From positions 15,190,001 to 15,254,000 of the forward strand of contig OX597832.1 of the NCBI GenBank assembly GCA_951406725.2: a DNA stretch of 64,000 nucleotides, in the 5' to 3' direction. The notes under the pieces are model-generated. The model saw only the letters and a program-made list of their open reading frames with translations, did no database searches and was not told the DNA's origin. The stretch comes from Octopus vulgaris. Lineage: Eukaryota. Position numbers and translations under genes: made by a program. Below are positions 13,173-28,370 of the stretch, one piece after another. Each line of letters opens with the position of its first letter. The first letter of the stretch is position 1.

Positions 13173-13191
13173 CGTATATATATATATTTAT

Positions 13192-13483
13192 AATGGAGAA
13201 GTCGCGCGCGCTAATATAATCTGTTAACTACAAAAAATTAACATTCCGAAAATAATTAAATTCCAGTAATCAAAACATTTTATTTGGAAAACTCTGCGGA
13301 AATAACTTGGAAGCATAACATGTAATCATCTAAGGCTATGTGTCTTTCAGTCCTCTGACGAGAGTTTGCCCAACAGAATGCTTTAATTACTGGAACTTAA
13401 TTCTTATGGTGCACAATCGAAAGAGGTGTAAGTGAACATCTGTTTTTGTAGTTAATGAATTATATTAACGCTAATTCTCCATT
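13192..13483. repeat. Diverged fold-back element between (TA)n tracts
   Basis: aatggagaa...ttaactacaaaaa and aattaaattccagtaat...aaactct are mirrored by agagttt...attactggaacttaatt and tttttgtagttaa...ttctccatt. Confidence 0.85.
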
Positions 13484-13630
13484 TTCTGGATTTCAATTTG
13501 AATATTTATAAGCCAAGATTTATATTTAAATCTATTATTTTAGGATTATTACAATTCACAACGAAATAATACGTAACAAACAGGTTATTCATCGGATATT
13601 TTCTACACCTTAGGATGATGTTTAACCTTG

Positions 13631-13764
<134 letters not shown>

Positions 13765-13765
13765 T

Positions 13766-14219
13766 ATATACTACAAAAATAAGTCTGCACAAGCAACAAT
13801 ATGTGTAACTCACATATGGTAAAAGAAGAAGAAAAACAACGAAATCACACATTCTACGGGTTAATTATGGACGCACGTTTCAGGAGTAGAATCGTATAGT
13901 TCATTTCCTTATCAACGTAATATTTCCCACAAATCTAGAAATGCTAGGGAAAATTACCTTTTATATTTTCGATCAAGCGACATCGAAAGATACAAAAGTC
14001 CACTAGCATAACCACATTTATATAGACCAGCGAATTCGTATCTCCCTCCAAAATCTCTGCTATTTCTAATATTTTCGGTATGTGGTTTAAGCAGCTTGTT
14101 GCAAAAAACCTTATTATTATAATTATATAAATTTTTACCGAATATGGTCCTTTTCTATACCGAAATACTACTAGGTGATATTTATTGATTTTATGAAATT
14201 AATTATATTTCATCCTTTA

Positions 14220-14220
<1 letters not shown>
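13766..14220. mobile_element. Diverged relative of the 61585-62247 element, internally inverted, with a degenerate HHR on the minus strand
   Basis: 14057-14220 aligns by eye to 61592-61748 (same strand); minus strand 13921-13864 reads attacg-TTGATA-agga...tcct-GAAAC-gtgc-GTC-cataat. Confidence 0.65.
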
Positions 14221-14280
<60 letters not shown>

Positions 14281-14355
14281 TTTACTTTATATTACTCTAC
14301 CACTGGTATTTGAGTACTCTTTTTCCACCTTGTTTCACATTTATGTGTTTACTCC

Positions 14356-14406
<51 letters not shown>

Positions 14407-16349
14407 CTATATTTCTGTGTGCATATCTACAGTCATATGTATACACACACTTGTACGCATGTAAATATTTCAATATACATGTAATTACACGAATAATATA
14501 AGAACTTTCAAATCATCAGTAAAAATTATATTAATAAGAATACCAAAAGTGATAATGATAATACACATCATTTGTTGAATGGCTTAGAATTGGCCAAAAT
14601 TCGTTACAATGTTTGTTGTTATAACTGTGTCAATATACCTCCCTGGATTGAAAAATAGGTGAAAGAAAGAAAAGAGAAAAAACTTGCAAGAAACGAATAT
14701 TGATGGCCAAACAAATATTGATACCATACCTTTAAAAAAAATCAAATTTGTGTATAGGGATGTTGCGAGGAAGACATTCGGGGATCAAGTCTTACGGAAA
14801 ACTGTTCTTAAAAGAAACAATCTAGAAACAGTTATTTATGCAAAAGAAAATCAAAGAAAAGTAGGTAAGATTTTAAATTGTTGTCCAGAAACTATCTAAG
14901 TCACTAGGTTACAGACGTAATATATGCCGTGTTACTTCACTATTTTTAGACTGGCAAATAATTTGACACGCATTGAATCCCTATATTGACATCTAAAACT
15001 TTACATACAAATTTCCCTATAGAAGAATGCATCCCTAGATACACTCATGAAAGACAAATTGTTTCACGTAGATTTTGGAAGAAAGATATCACAAATCCCA
15101 AAGTGAATACATTCTAACGTATCAGCCTGTCACTTTCTATGCCTGTCTGTCTGAATGCCTCTATGCATATATGTATGCTTGTATGTTCGCTGTCTCTTTT
15201 TAATTTAGAATAAATTTCAACCGGTCAAACTCGTGTATGCAAGTGTGTGAAGGAAAGCAACTCGTTTTGTTCATTGTCCCTGTTGTATCGCCGCACATCT
15301 GATGTACGATAGAACGGGATAATAATAACGTTCTCAAAAATCATTGTTCTCAAAATACTAGCAATAAACCTCGACAACACGCAACTCTTGCTTTACTCTG
15401 CACTGAAGGCTCATTGTGTACCTCCATTTATATTATGGCACAGTCTATTAGGTACCACACAATAGGGGGTTTTCTACTTCCAAACGACAGTTCTTTAAAT
15501 GCTAAGACATTCTTGCAGATTATTTATTTAATGTTCGTTTGTAGTCTATCAATTAAATATATGCTTTCCTAATATATATATATTTGATTGTGTGTGTGTG
15601 TGTGTGTGTGCGTGTATTTTTTTTCTTGTTATATATGTATGTATCTAGCGACTGTTTGAAGTGGAGGAATTTTTTTATATGTTAAGAAAAATGAGATAAT
15701 CCATATCTGGGTGAATTAGTTATTTATCACTTTCGTCTCTTTTCTGACATTCTTCATAAATGACATTTTACAGAAAGGTATCCCTTTACATATGTGAGAA
15801 TTAGCAGAAATTATCTAGGGTTAAATTAAGTAGAGACACTATTTCCCTATCTATATGTGGCTATATATGTGTGCATAGTTGTATGTATATGCGTATTTAT
15901 GTACGTATGTGTCTGGTAACTTGTTGTATGTTCTGTTATAGGAAGGAAAAAAAGAAAAAAAGCAAGATGATGGATAAAAAGTATGAACAAGAGATCCGAT
16001 GTTTTATTTTTCTTCTGAAATTGCTGAAATTACATTATGCATTTACTTCGCAGCTATATAATGAATTCTTTTCTCTAGGCTGCTTGAAGTTAATGACAGT
16101 TTAAATGATCAATTTTCATTTAGTCATTATATTTTATGTTATTTGTCAATTTATCGTACTGCATAAAATAGACTCGATGAAAATTGTTTTGGGAAGTTTT
16201 GAAATTTGCGTTTGAGTGTGTGTGGTTGTATGAATGTGTTAGAGTGTGTGTGCGCGTATACGCTTAATAGTATGCATTTGAGTGTGTGTTTGTGTTTGTG
16301 TTATGTGTTGTGTGTTGGTTACTAAAGTAAATCATTCTACTTACTTTAG

Positions 16350-16505
16350 TTACAGAGAGAATATATTAATAAAGATGTTTGTCATATATTAATGAATATT
16401 TTCTTTTCTTTACTAGGTTACAATCTTTACAGCAGTGAGAATATACTAATAAAGATTTTTCATGTATTCAGGAATATTTTCTTTTCTTTATTAGGTCAAA
16501 ATATT
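16350..16505. repeat. ~85-bp imperfect tandem duplication
   Basis: gagaatata(t/c)taataaagat...gaatattttcttttcttta(c/t)taggt x2. Confidence 0.8.
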
Positions 16506-17523
16506 TTGATAAAATGTGGCCCCACTCTTCCAGAACTTGGCTCATTCCTTAGGAACTTGTGAATTGAAACATCATGAATCTACTGTTTTTACATATTGCA
16601 GACACCTTGCATGATTACATACGTTTGATGTGTTGTCAGTGGAGCCGCTCTATTCGGAAAAGAAATTATTGTCTTCGTCTATATAATTTTCTGATTAATA
16701 AGGACAGTTTATGCATTATATGAAAGTCAGGCATTCCATACCTGCATTTACTTGGAAGGATAATCCACGATTAAACTTTTATAGAAACCAAAGAACAAAT
16801 ATTATTTTTTCTGTTCTTGATGCTATAGGTTACAGCTCTGTTATCTGCAAATTCCTTCATTGCATATTCTGAACTTCCCTGTGGTATAAATTTTACCCTT
16901 GAAGATGATATTGAAGATATCTCGACTGGCGTTTACTGTTTCCTAATTTTTTTTTTCATTACGGGGTTTTGTTAGAGCACTGCTATGTTAGTTTTTATAA
17001 TGTTGGTTACTCTTAGATTATGTCTTTTGATAAACAGAATTGAATTTCCTTCAACTTTCTTTTTCAGTGCCCTCTATTGTATGAGTTCCATCAACTATAT
17101 GATTCTATTATTTTATTAATTTTTATGGGAAATTCTGCTCTCCTGCAAGATGAAAATCTCCTATAAGGCATAACATGCCCCAATTGATAAGAAAATTATA
17201 TTCGTGAAACCATTAATACTCTTTGTCAACGTGAAAGTATTCACAGATAAATATATTAAACGAAATATTACGAAAAATTTTGCAGAGGAAGCACTTGGAA
17301 ATGTATGCATACAGCAGATTAAACCCATTTTTTTTTCTTTTCTACAGGTGCCACAATGATGACACTACATAATGTATCAAATGTACTTACCGAAATTAAC
17401 GAACATAAAGATAAAAAATATATATCTATGAACAACGGATAAATCCTTATTGAAATGTTCTCCCCATGCGAAACACCTCCCGTACATATATACATACATA
17501 CAGTCCCTGAACACATATATATA

Positions 17524-17579
<56 letters not shown>

Positions 17580-17580
17580 T

Positions 17581-17637
17581 GCTGATATATGTCCTATGCT
17601 TTGACTCCATGTTGATATATGTCCTATGCTGGACTCC
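17581..17637. repeat. 30-bp tandem duplication
   Basis: tgatatatgtcctatgct..gactcc x2. Confidence 0.85.
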
Positions 17638-17735
17638 TTATTCGCTTAATCACGGAACGTAACTATTGTCTGTCCATAGAACTTACTCAGCATTATCTGA
17701 CACCTTTGGATCTTATTGACACCCTTACCCCTCAT

Positions 17736-17776
<41 letters not shown>

Positions 17777-18372
17777 ATATATATATATATATCAGTGCTA
17801 TTTGCGAAAGTAATATGGCTGTCCTTAAAGGGACGATGTTACTGTTGTTTCATCTCGAAGAATCATCATGTCTTCCTGGCTATAAGAAACTCTATCTGCA
17901 TCTTTATACTTTCGAACGTTGACCTCAGCATTCCCACCCAGCACAAAGTAACATCTGCGGACTAGTTTCTGTGTTATTTGACTTTATCAAAACGGTGTAG
18001 CTATGCACGAAAAAAATCATATCTTTATTTTATATCATACCTTAATAATCCAAGAAGTATTTCATTTGCATTAAATTCTACATAATGATCGTTGGATTTA
18101 CCTGTCATACATGGGGATTTACATGGCATTTGCTTTCTGCATATAGTTAATGGAAGCTACATGATGGGAATGTAACCGTATTTCTTATACATGTACGTAT
18201 GTATGCATACATACTTGTATGCGTGCGTGTGTGTGTGTGTGTGTGTAAGACAATCTGAGATTACAAATCCTGTCAGATATGAAGTAAACATTCAGTATAA
18301 AGATATAACGTTAAATATATGTATACACACATATAATATATATGTATACATATATGTACATATATGTATATA

Positions 18373-18446
<74 letters not shown>

Positions 18447-18521
18447 TGTTGTGCCTGTAGAGTATCATTCACTTTTAGTGCCTTATAATTTAACACACCG
18501 GTAACATTTATACTCGTTTAC

Positions 18522-20330
18522 TTATATAATTTTATGTAATTCAAACTCAGCCAACAGTGTCTCTAGAATTTCATCAGTGTGTCTAACAGGACCAGACAGT
18601 AACACTTCAATAACACTCCTAGTACAACATACCTTTTGTTCCCAAAATGTACTGCTCTCGTCAGAAAATATGTGAACATACAACCATAACGCTTGACTTT
18701 GAACTTGACCAGTTGACTTTGAATATGAAACGTCCAAAGACACCTATACTTATGTATGTAAAAGTATGTTTGTCTGATTCAACTCTCCCCCTAGGGAGAT
18801 TTGCTATAATTTCAGACGCTGGCCTGGCAAATAACGTCCACAAAATACCGCATGAACGGATAACCGTATTGACAATAGATCAACCACCTGTAATCCAATA
18901 ACGGTGTCTGGTAATTCCTAAAGCCCATTCACTACCTTCATGAGCCTTTCGGTGAAAATGAACAGCAATACACTCAGCCATGGCCTATGTATCTGACACT
19001 ATAACAGGATATTTAATTTCAACAGTAGACCCAACCACCCAACCCACTCACCCTGAGAATACCATCAACATTTTCCAGAAACCGATGGATTGATCTGAGG
19101 GTACAAGACTTTCTTATACATTTTCCCCAATAATCTATCTAATTCTTCTTCATAACGTATTCGCTGAGCTATCATGATCAGAGATAAGTTTGCACGCTGT
19201 ACTTTGTCCACACATAAAGCTCCCTGTTTGACTCATCCATTTTCGCCCTTTTTTTCAAATCGAAGCAATCATGCTAAAGTACGTTTAATCCCGCCCCAGC
19301 CTGAATAAGGTTCCATGACCGTATCTATAGGAATCATACTAACTATCTGAAGAGCATTGCACATCCTAATTGAGTCTTTTATAATCTCCATATCATCCAA
19401 TAACAATTCCCCACTATTCTTCTATGGTTGCCATTCATTAGTTTTGTGTTGCCGCAAGAAGACAAGCCAGCAAAACACAACTCACTATCTTACCCGATAA
19501 ACACAATACTTCAACTAACAATGTCCACAGGATTGTTTCTACTTAACACATTATGCCACTGATCAGGTTGTGATCCCTGTCTGATAAGACTAAATCCATT
19601 TTCTATAAATACCTTGAACCATTTTGTATCGTTAATAATGTAAGCCAAAATTACTTTCGAATCTGACCTCAAAAATGTCCAACCAATTCTGATTTAAAAT
19701 TCCCGTCTCAGCGGCGGGATGGTATGGTGTTTGAGGTGGTGCAGCCATACTTTTGCTTATGATAAGCTGTGTATGAATCTTTCCAAACTTTATGACACAC
19801 CTGATATAGATGAAAAAACCTAGGCTGATGGGCTTGCCTCTGAAAACTGATGTAATTCAAAATATGCCCTATCAAGACGCAATGGTTTTAATACAGTGCG
19901 AAATTTGCACTTAATTTTGAAACTCCAATGTTTCCAACCATTTGCTTAACTGCGCATAAACTTCCATGAAAACTGATTCATTCAATCATTTTCAAACAAA
20001 TAGCATCCGGAAAAATGAACCTGCCCCCAAATATCTGGGAACCAACAAACTCAAGCGGGTCATATATCGATGACACAAAGGTCAGCATTTTCCTCCTTGT
20101 GATTATCTGATTTATTTCAACAATGACCTCAAAGGCGAAGGCATTCGTCATTTTACATTTTACACCACGTACATTCCCCGGTGAATCAGTACCGAAGATC
20201 TTCACATCTTTTTCCCTGCGATTCTCTGGAATTTCTTCTAAGAACTGACCCATCATTGCGTGAGATTGAAGCCACCATTATCTAGAGCCAAGACCGTCAC
20301 GCAAAATTACTTTCTACGCTCGTATATCCA
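18522..20330 (-). mobile_element. Decayed BEL/Pao LTR-retrotransposon pol remnant (end of RT, RNase H, integrase)
   Basis: Minus-strand motifs in correct order: GGFNLTQ; TRRKMLTFVSSIYDPL; ELHQFSEAS; LIISKSMAAP; SDSKVILAYIINDTKWFKVFIEN...QWHNVLSRNNPVDIVS; IANLPRGRV...FTYISIGVFGRF; RAVHF; TDEILETLLAEFE; many stops and deletions. Confidence 0.9.
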
Positions 20331-20846
20331 GCATTTACAAACAACATACGCTTTCGATAAAACAATTGTTCCTGCAAAGCAAATTAAATAAAATTTGTGG
20401 TTTTGCGGACGGTGGAAATTGGTAACACATAAAGGACAGTGAAAAAACAGGAAGGGCTGCTAAGCCTAAACAAGGTTGTGGTGGCGAACGCGTAAATCAA
20501 GCTAGGACAGGAGACAGACAAGAACACGCGTTCCTTGTTCCAGCTACAACGGAGAGAAATAAATAAACACAAGAGAAGAATGATGGTAGATGTTCACGTG
20601 TGAGCGACGTGAGCAAGGGAGGAGGAGTGAGGGAGAGAGAGAGTGACAGAGTAATAGGACAGATTTGTGGGAGAACATGAGGCAAAATAATAAGAGATAG
20701 AAAGTGAGAAAAACGAAAGTGTAAAAAAATCGTATAGAGTGCGCCTCAGAATTAAGATAAAACTTACTTGGAAGAGTATACGTGGCAATCAATCATATAA
20801 TAATATAAATAATATAAATACTATATATATATGGAGAGAGAGAGAG

Positions 20847-21046
20847 GTTACGGAAAAAAAAACGACGAAGACAGGCGGTGTACGAAACAACAGATGTATT
20901 AGTATAACGCTTAGGAATAGAAAACAGTATTTTACATTTCGAGCCTATGCTCTTCTACGGAAAGGGACGCAGAAAAAAACAAAGAGAGAAACAAGGAGAG
21001 AAAAAGGGGGAGAAAATAATGTATGTAGTGCCTAACAATCTATCAT
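20847..21046 (-). mobile_element. Second copy of the 12041-12220 minimal-HHR element
   Basis: Minus strand reads ttt-CCGTAGA-a-gagc-atag-gctc-GAAATGTA-aaa; flanking agcgttatactaataca shared with 12041-12220. Confidence 0.7.
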
Positions 21047-22141
21047 AAATATAGATGAAAAGATATTTGCTCGCGCATACAAGCACTCGTGCAAGCAGTT
21101 CCTAAAATACCTCATTTTTTAAAACACTCTAAATCTTTAGTAACTATGTATTTGTCTATATCCTCATTTACAGGATATCATTGCACATACCTCGAATGTG
21201 ATACGCACAGTCATGTATATTTATTTATACACATGCATGTACATTTGGAGTCGCGTATGTACGAAACGTGTGTGTGTACGCATGAACTTGAACATTTGTT
21301 TGTCTATGTTTGTAATCGTCAGTATGTTACGAAAGGGATTCAGTAACATAGATTGAAAGAGAGTCTAAGTGAGCCGGAAGCACGTCTGTAGATACCCAAC
21401 AATACTGCGAAATTTTGTTATTGAATTTGGTTTCCTCAGAAAAAAAATGTGCCGCTTTTATTTTTTCTACTAAAATTACTCTCAACACTGTCAACAGTCT
21501 TCAAAAATAAATGTTCCAGTTTCCCACTATTTACACACTTTACCTTATATCAGTTGTAAATATACTATTGAAATGTCAAGGCCGTAAACACAATGCTCGT
21601 AATCAGCGTAATGCATTATTTTAAGTCTTAACCTAAGCTCCTTTTTGCCTTTTTATATTTACATTATCTCGTTAATGTTAAATAACAGCTGCCATAAATT
21701 CTTTATAATTTAGTTCTGGCCCTTGGGACTCGTTGTTCTAATGTAAAGATTCTTTCATTTTGGCCACTGTCAGGAATTAAATGTATCAGAAAACATTGTA
21801 TCATTTACTTAGTAAGAATCAATACTACCGAATTCTTGAAAAGTATGTCATGTCTACTGGGAATGGTGATAAACCTATCCAGTCAACTAAGAATATTTGA
21901 GTTTGCGCAAAAACAAACCACGGTTTCTATCAATAGCATGAAATTTACTATAAATACTTCTCCTAAAGATTATGCTATTGTTAATAAAATTATATTATAT
22001 GCTCCCTAATGTTGTTGTTAATATACTACAAAACATTTTTTAATGCTTCATTTGAAATATTTTACTTTATATTTATGATACACTACAGTGCAGCTATCAT
22101 TTATACCAATACTACAACGGCTACTAAAAGGAAGAATGATG

Positions 22142-22742
<601 letters not shown>

Positions 22743-23299
22743 AAGCTATGCCAACATTATGGAATAAAAACAGAAAAAAGATGGTATAGGCACACACCAG
22801 AAAAGGTCACAGAAAACGGGAAAGCAACCATACTCTGGGATATGCCGATACACACAGATAGAGAAATTAAGGCCAACAGACCAGATATAGTTGTCAGAGA
22901 TCATGAAGAAAAAAAATGCTTTCTAATTGATGTATCAGTACCGGCAGATGACAACGTGTCTCTAAAAGAAATTGAGAAACTCTCAAAATACAAAGACCTG
23001 GAAATAGAGGTAACTAGAATGTGGAATCTGAAAACAGAAACAATTCCTATCATAGTAGGTGCATTAGGCATGATAAAAAAATATTCAGACAAATACATAA
23101 CAAAAAACACCAGGACTTACAAAAACATATAACATACAGAAAATTGCACTACTAGGCACTGCACACACCCTACGCAGAACACTTTCCATACAATAACCAT
23201 CAGAGCATCACAACAAATCACAGCACATACCCAAGGCACACAGAGCTGCGCTCGGTAGTGAAGTGAAAGCACGCTATAAAAATAAAAATAAAACTACTG
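22743..23299 (+). mobile_element. 5'-truncated R4/Dong-clade non-LTR retrotransposon: restriction-like endonuclease C-terminus plus 3' UTR
   Basis: WYRHTPEKVTENGKATILWDMPIHTDREIKANRPDIVV...LIDVSVP...KEIEKLSKYKDLEIEVTRMW...PIIVGALG; a single +1 slip in the A-run at 23102-23107, after which the frame continues TPGL...IQKIALLGTAHTLRRTL to a stop at 23196; (TAA)n on both sides. Confidence 0.9.
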
Positions 23300-23313
23300 A
23301 ATAATAATAATAA

Positions 23314-23344
<31 letters not shown>

Positions 23345-23354
23345 AATAATAGTA

Positions 23355-23418
<64 letters not shown>

Positions 23419-23424
23419 GTACAA

Positions 23425-24260
23425 ACTTACATTTTCAAGGGAAACTTATTAGACAATAGAATACTCAGATATATAGATGCAAATAAACGTAGATCCATGA
23501 CTAAGAATAAAAACGTCAACAAACGTTGAAATTAGCCAAATTAGAACATATATATCTCATGGTAGAAGAAATAGATACAGTAATAATACAGATGAAATAT
23601 GTAAGCGATGAACAGAACCACGTCTACGAGAAGTATATTCCAATGCGAAAGCTGAAGAAATAACAGCAAAGAACAGATATATAAAAATCGAAGTGGAAGT
23701 AGACCTACCTCAAGAACACAAGAATAGTTATGACACAGAATTTGAGGTGGATAATAAAGAGAAGATCATCGAAGTAAGAGAAGATACAATCAGAAAACTT
23801 AGTAAGACTGGATCTGGTGACATCATCAATAGAGAACCACTGGCAAACTTTCCAAACAGCATAAAATCAATAACATAATCATGTTCTATAATGTTGCCAT
23901 TTAACAGATCTTAAGAAATAAGGGAAACCATCTAAAAACCTTAAATGACTCAATCTATTCAATTGCTAAATTTGTAACTGCTCAACTACATATCAGGACG
24001 ACACAGAAAAAGACCAGCCGTGTAAAAAATAAAAGACCTCCTATATGGAAAGTATCAATATAAAAGGAGATCAAATCTCTGCGAGTAGATGTGTTAGTTC
24101 TCGATGAAGTTGCTAGAAGAGTAAATGTTAAAAGAAAACGAGCTTGAAAAATGAAGCATAAATATGAAATCAAAGATTTTATAAATCTACCTGAAATCAA
24201 GGAACAATTGAAACAACTAATACAACTGAATGTCCAATGGCTTAGAAGTCCATTTTGAGC
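23425..24260 (+). mobile_element. Old decayed fragment of the N-terminal part of an R4/Dong-like ORF
   Basis: KNKRPPIWKVSI*KEIKSLRVDVLVLDEV...KMKHKYEIKD...IKEQLKQLIQLNVQWLR resembles the pre-RT region of R4/Dong ORFs as I recall it; follows a (TAA)n tract. Confidence 0.6.
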
Positions 24261-24629
24261 CTCTCGTTTTGTCGATAAATGAATCAAATTTTATCGACAG
24301 AACGTGAAGCTGAAAATGGATGCAAAGTAATTTTGCAAGGAATTTGTAAAAGGTAAGATAGGAGTGACCTAAGTTTGAGGAAATGGAAGTAAATCTTATA
24401 CACAATATAATAAATGCTCCTATGAACACTCTAGAAGGCTTGGGATAACGTAGTAATAGTAATGCATCAATGTATCTGTTAGACGTGAATCAATAGTATT
24501 TGCAAAGCGGCTTCACAATGAATAAGTTGAAGTGGCACTGTAATTATCCAGGAAAACTTATCTATATATGGAAGATAAAACAGGAATGAATATTACCATT
24601 CGCTACGCTATTTCTCTGGACTAAATATG

Positions 24630-25234
24630 TATTTCGTTATTGCCTACAGGGGCTAAATATAGAAAGGACAAACACGGACAGACAAAGGGTTTAAGTCGAT
24701 TACATCGGCCCTAGTGTGTAACTTTTATTATTAAGCAATTTCGGCCTCGGCGCAATTTGAACTCTTAACAGCGGTAGAAGAAATATCACTAATGATTTCA
24801 CCCGGTGTATTAACGGAACTTCTTTCTTTATTGTCCACCAGGACTAAACATGGAGGAGACGAACACAAACAGACAAAGGGATTAAGTTGATTACAACGAC
24901 CCCAGTGCGTGACTGGTACTTAATTTATCGACCCTGAAAGGATGAAAGGCGAAGTCGACCTCGGCGGAATTTGAACTCAGAGTGTAGCGACAGACGAAAT
25001 ACCTATTTCTTTACTACCCATAAGTGGCTAAACACAGAGAGGACAATCAAGGACAGGCAAGCGGATTAAGTCGATTATATCGACCCTAGTGCGCAACTGG
25101 TATTTATTTAATCGACACCGAAAGGATGAAAGGCAAAGTCGACTTCGGCGGAATTTGAACACAGAACGTAGCGGCAAACGAAATACCGCGAAGCATTTCG
25201 CCCCGTGTGCTAGCAATTCTGCCCGCTCACCGCC
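24630..25234 (-). mobile_element. Family A SINE multimer (about 3 units)
   Basis: Reverse complement of the 9700-10455 units; head ends ...tctgcccgctcaccgcc at 25234. Confidence 0.9.
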
Positions 25235-26289
25235 CTCTCTGGATTAAATATTAAGATTATTTTACATGTGTACAACACAGATATTGAACGTGAACTTTTT
25301 TCTTTACAGCGTCCGTTTACCTTTTATTAAAACTATTATCAACGTTATTCACGTGGTCATAAATATATAATAAAAAAGGGTGTGTGTTTGTGTTCGTGTG
25401 GGTATGTGTGGGAGTATGACAGATCTACAATAGCGCATTTTTCCTATGTCTATTTCCCTACATATATTTTGTTTTAAATAATTGTAGCTTTGAAAATCTT
25501 CAAACTGAAATAAAGAGCGCAGTTTTATTTTATTATTTTTTTATATATTGAGCGTAGTACTTTATTTCTGTCTTTATAAATGTTTAAATTACATTACTGA
25601 GGTAGGATAGCAAAAGAATTTATTCTTTTATTAGTTTTGGATAGATAGAGGCAAAAATTATATACTAAAAAAAAAAAGTTGTATGAATATTTCATTACTT
25701 TTGGAATTCATACAGAAATACATGTGGTTCTCAAAAGAAAGAGTGCATATCAGTGAACAGAAATAATATCATGTCTAATTTGACGAGGATATAGTTAGAA
25801 ACATTCACGAGGGAAGCCTAAGAAGATCCTGTAATTTCAAAGAATTTCTCAGACAAGTGGTCTTAGTGTCATTGTTCATTTAAAAATTCATCTATATCGG
25901 ACAGTATAACTATTTGGCGTAAATGTTCTATTATATCCACATACAAAGATTACATCTTCAATACGCAAAGTCGTATACTTTTAAACACACTTATATGTAC
26001 AAATATACATACATGCATTCATAGAGAGCCACATATATATATATAACATTTCTTCTTGTCTCCACTTAGTTTTAGGTGCAACTTGCATCATATTGAAAAC
26101 AGGTCTCATAGAATAAATGAGAAACTTTTTAAAAATGCACGATATATCCATATACTTATATATATATAAAACCCCCAAAATATATAGGCTTATATATTGA
26201 TATAGACACACGCACACACGCATACACAGGTGCATGCATCACCAACATACACATATATAACTATTAATGCACATACATATATACATATG

Positions 26290-26348
<59 letters not shown>

Positions 26349-26460
26349 ATATATATATATATATGTGCGTTTGTATTTACAATTATACGTGAGTCTATAT
26401 TAATGTGTATATACATACATATATTTCTATATATGTATGTATCTATACACACACACACAT

Positions 26461-26543
<83 letters not shown>

Positions 26544-26769
26544 TATATGTAATTCATTTCAAAGTACTTCAGACTTTTAGTAACAGTACAGGAAAATATC
26601 GAAAGTAATAAAAGAGCACATGTGAAGAGAGAATAGATGAAAGGAAGTGAAAGACTAACTAGGTGATGATGACTAAGAAGATATATCTATATATTTAGGA
26701 ACTTTACTTACGGCACATTTACTACAAGTCATTTGGCTCAGTTATTCTATTCATATTATTATTCATATT

Positions 26770-26785
26770 CATATTATTATTATTA

Positions 26786-26876
<91 letters not shown>
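26770..26876. repeat. (ATT)n microsatellite
   Basis: Direct inspection. Confidence 0.95.
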
Positions 26877-27219
26877 CTGATATAAACGTTTTGACAAGAT
26901 TAGTGTTATCAAAAGTCGGATAGATTCAGCGGCGAGGAAAATAAGAAATTAAATGTTCTGTGGAAGTTTTAAGCGAAACGAAAAGAAGTTTATAATAATC
27001 ACATAAAAATATAAAAGATTTGATATAATATCCTTTCCACAACCAAATCGAAGTGAAGCTCTTTGATATGAAATAAATTCGATGATACGAAGCAAAAGAA
27101 AAAGAGAAACAAAAAAAAAAGATATGCATTAGTAAAAATTAATGTTACAGTTAAAGAAAAAGAGGAGAATTAAATATATTTGGTAGAGTTTTTCCATCTT
27201 CCTCCCTCTTTTCTCCCAT

Positions 27220-28370
<1,151 letters not shown>

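Noticed and set aside
20380-20790. Possible LTR of the BEL element
   Set aside because: No second LTR, TG..CA ends or PBS identified
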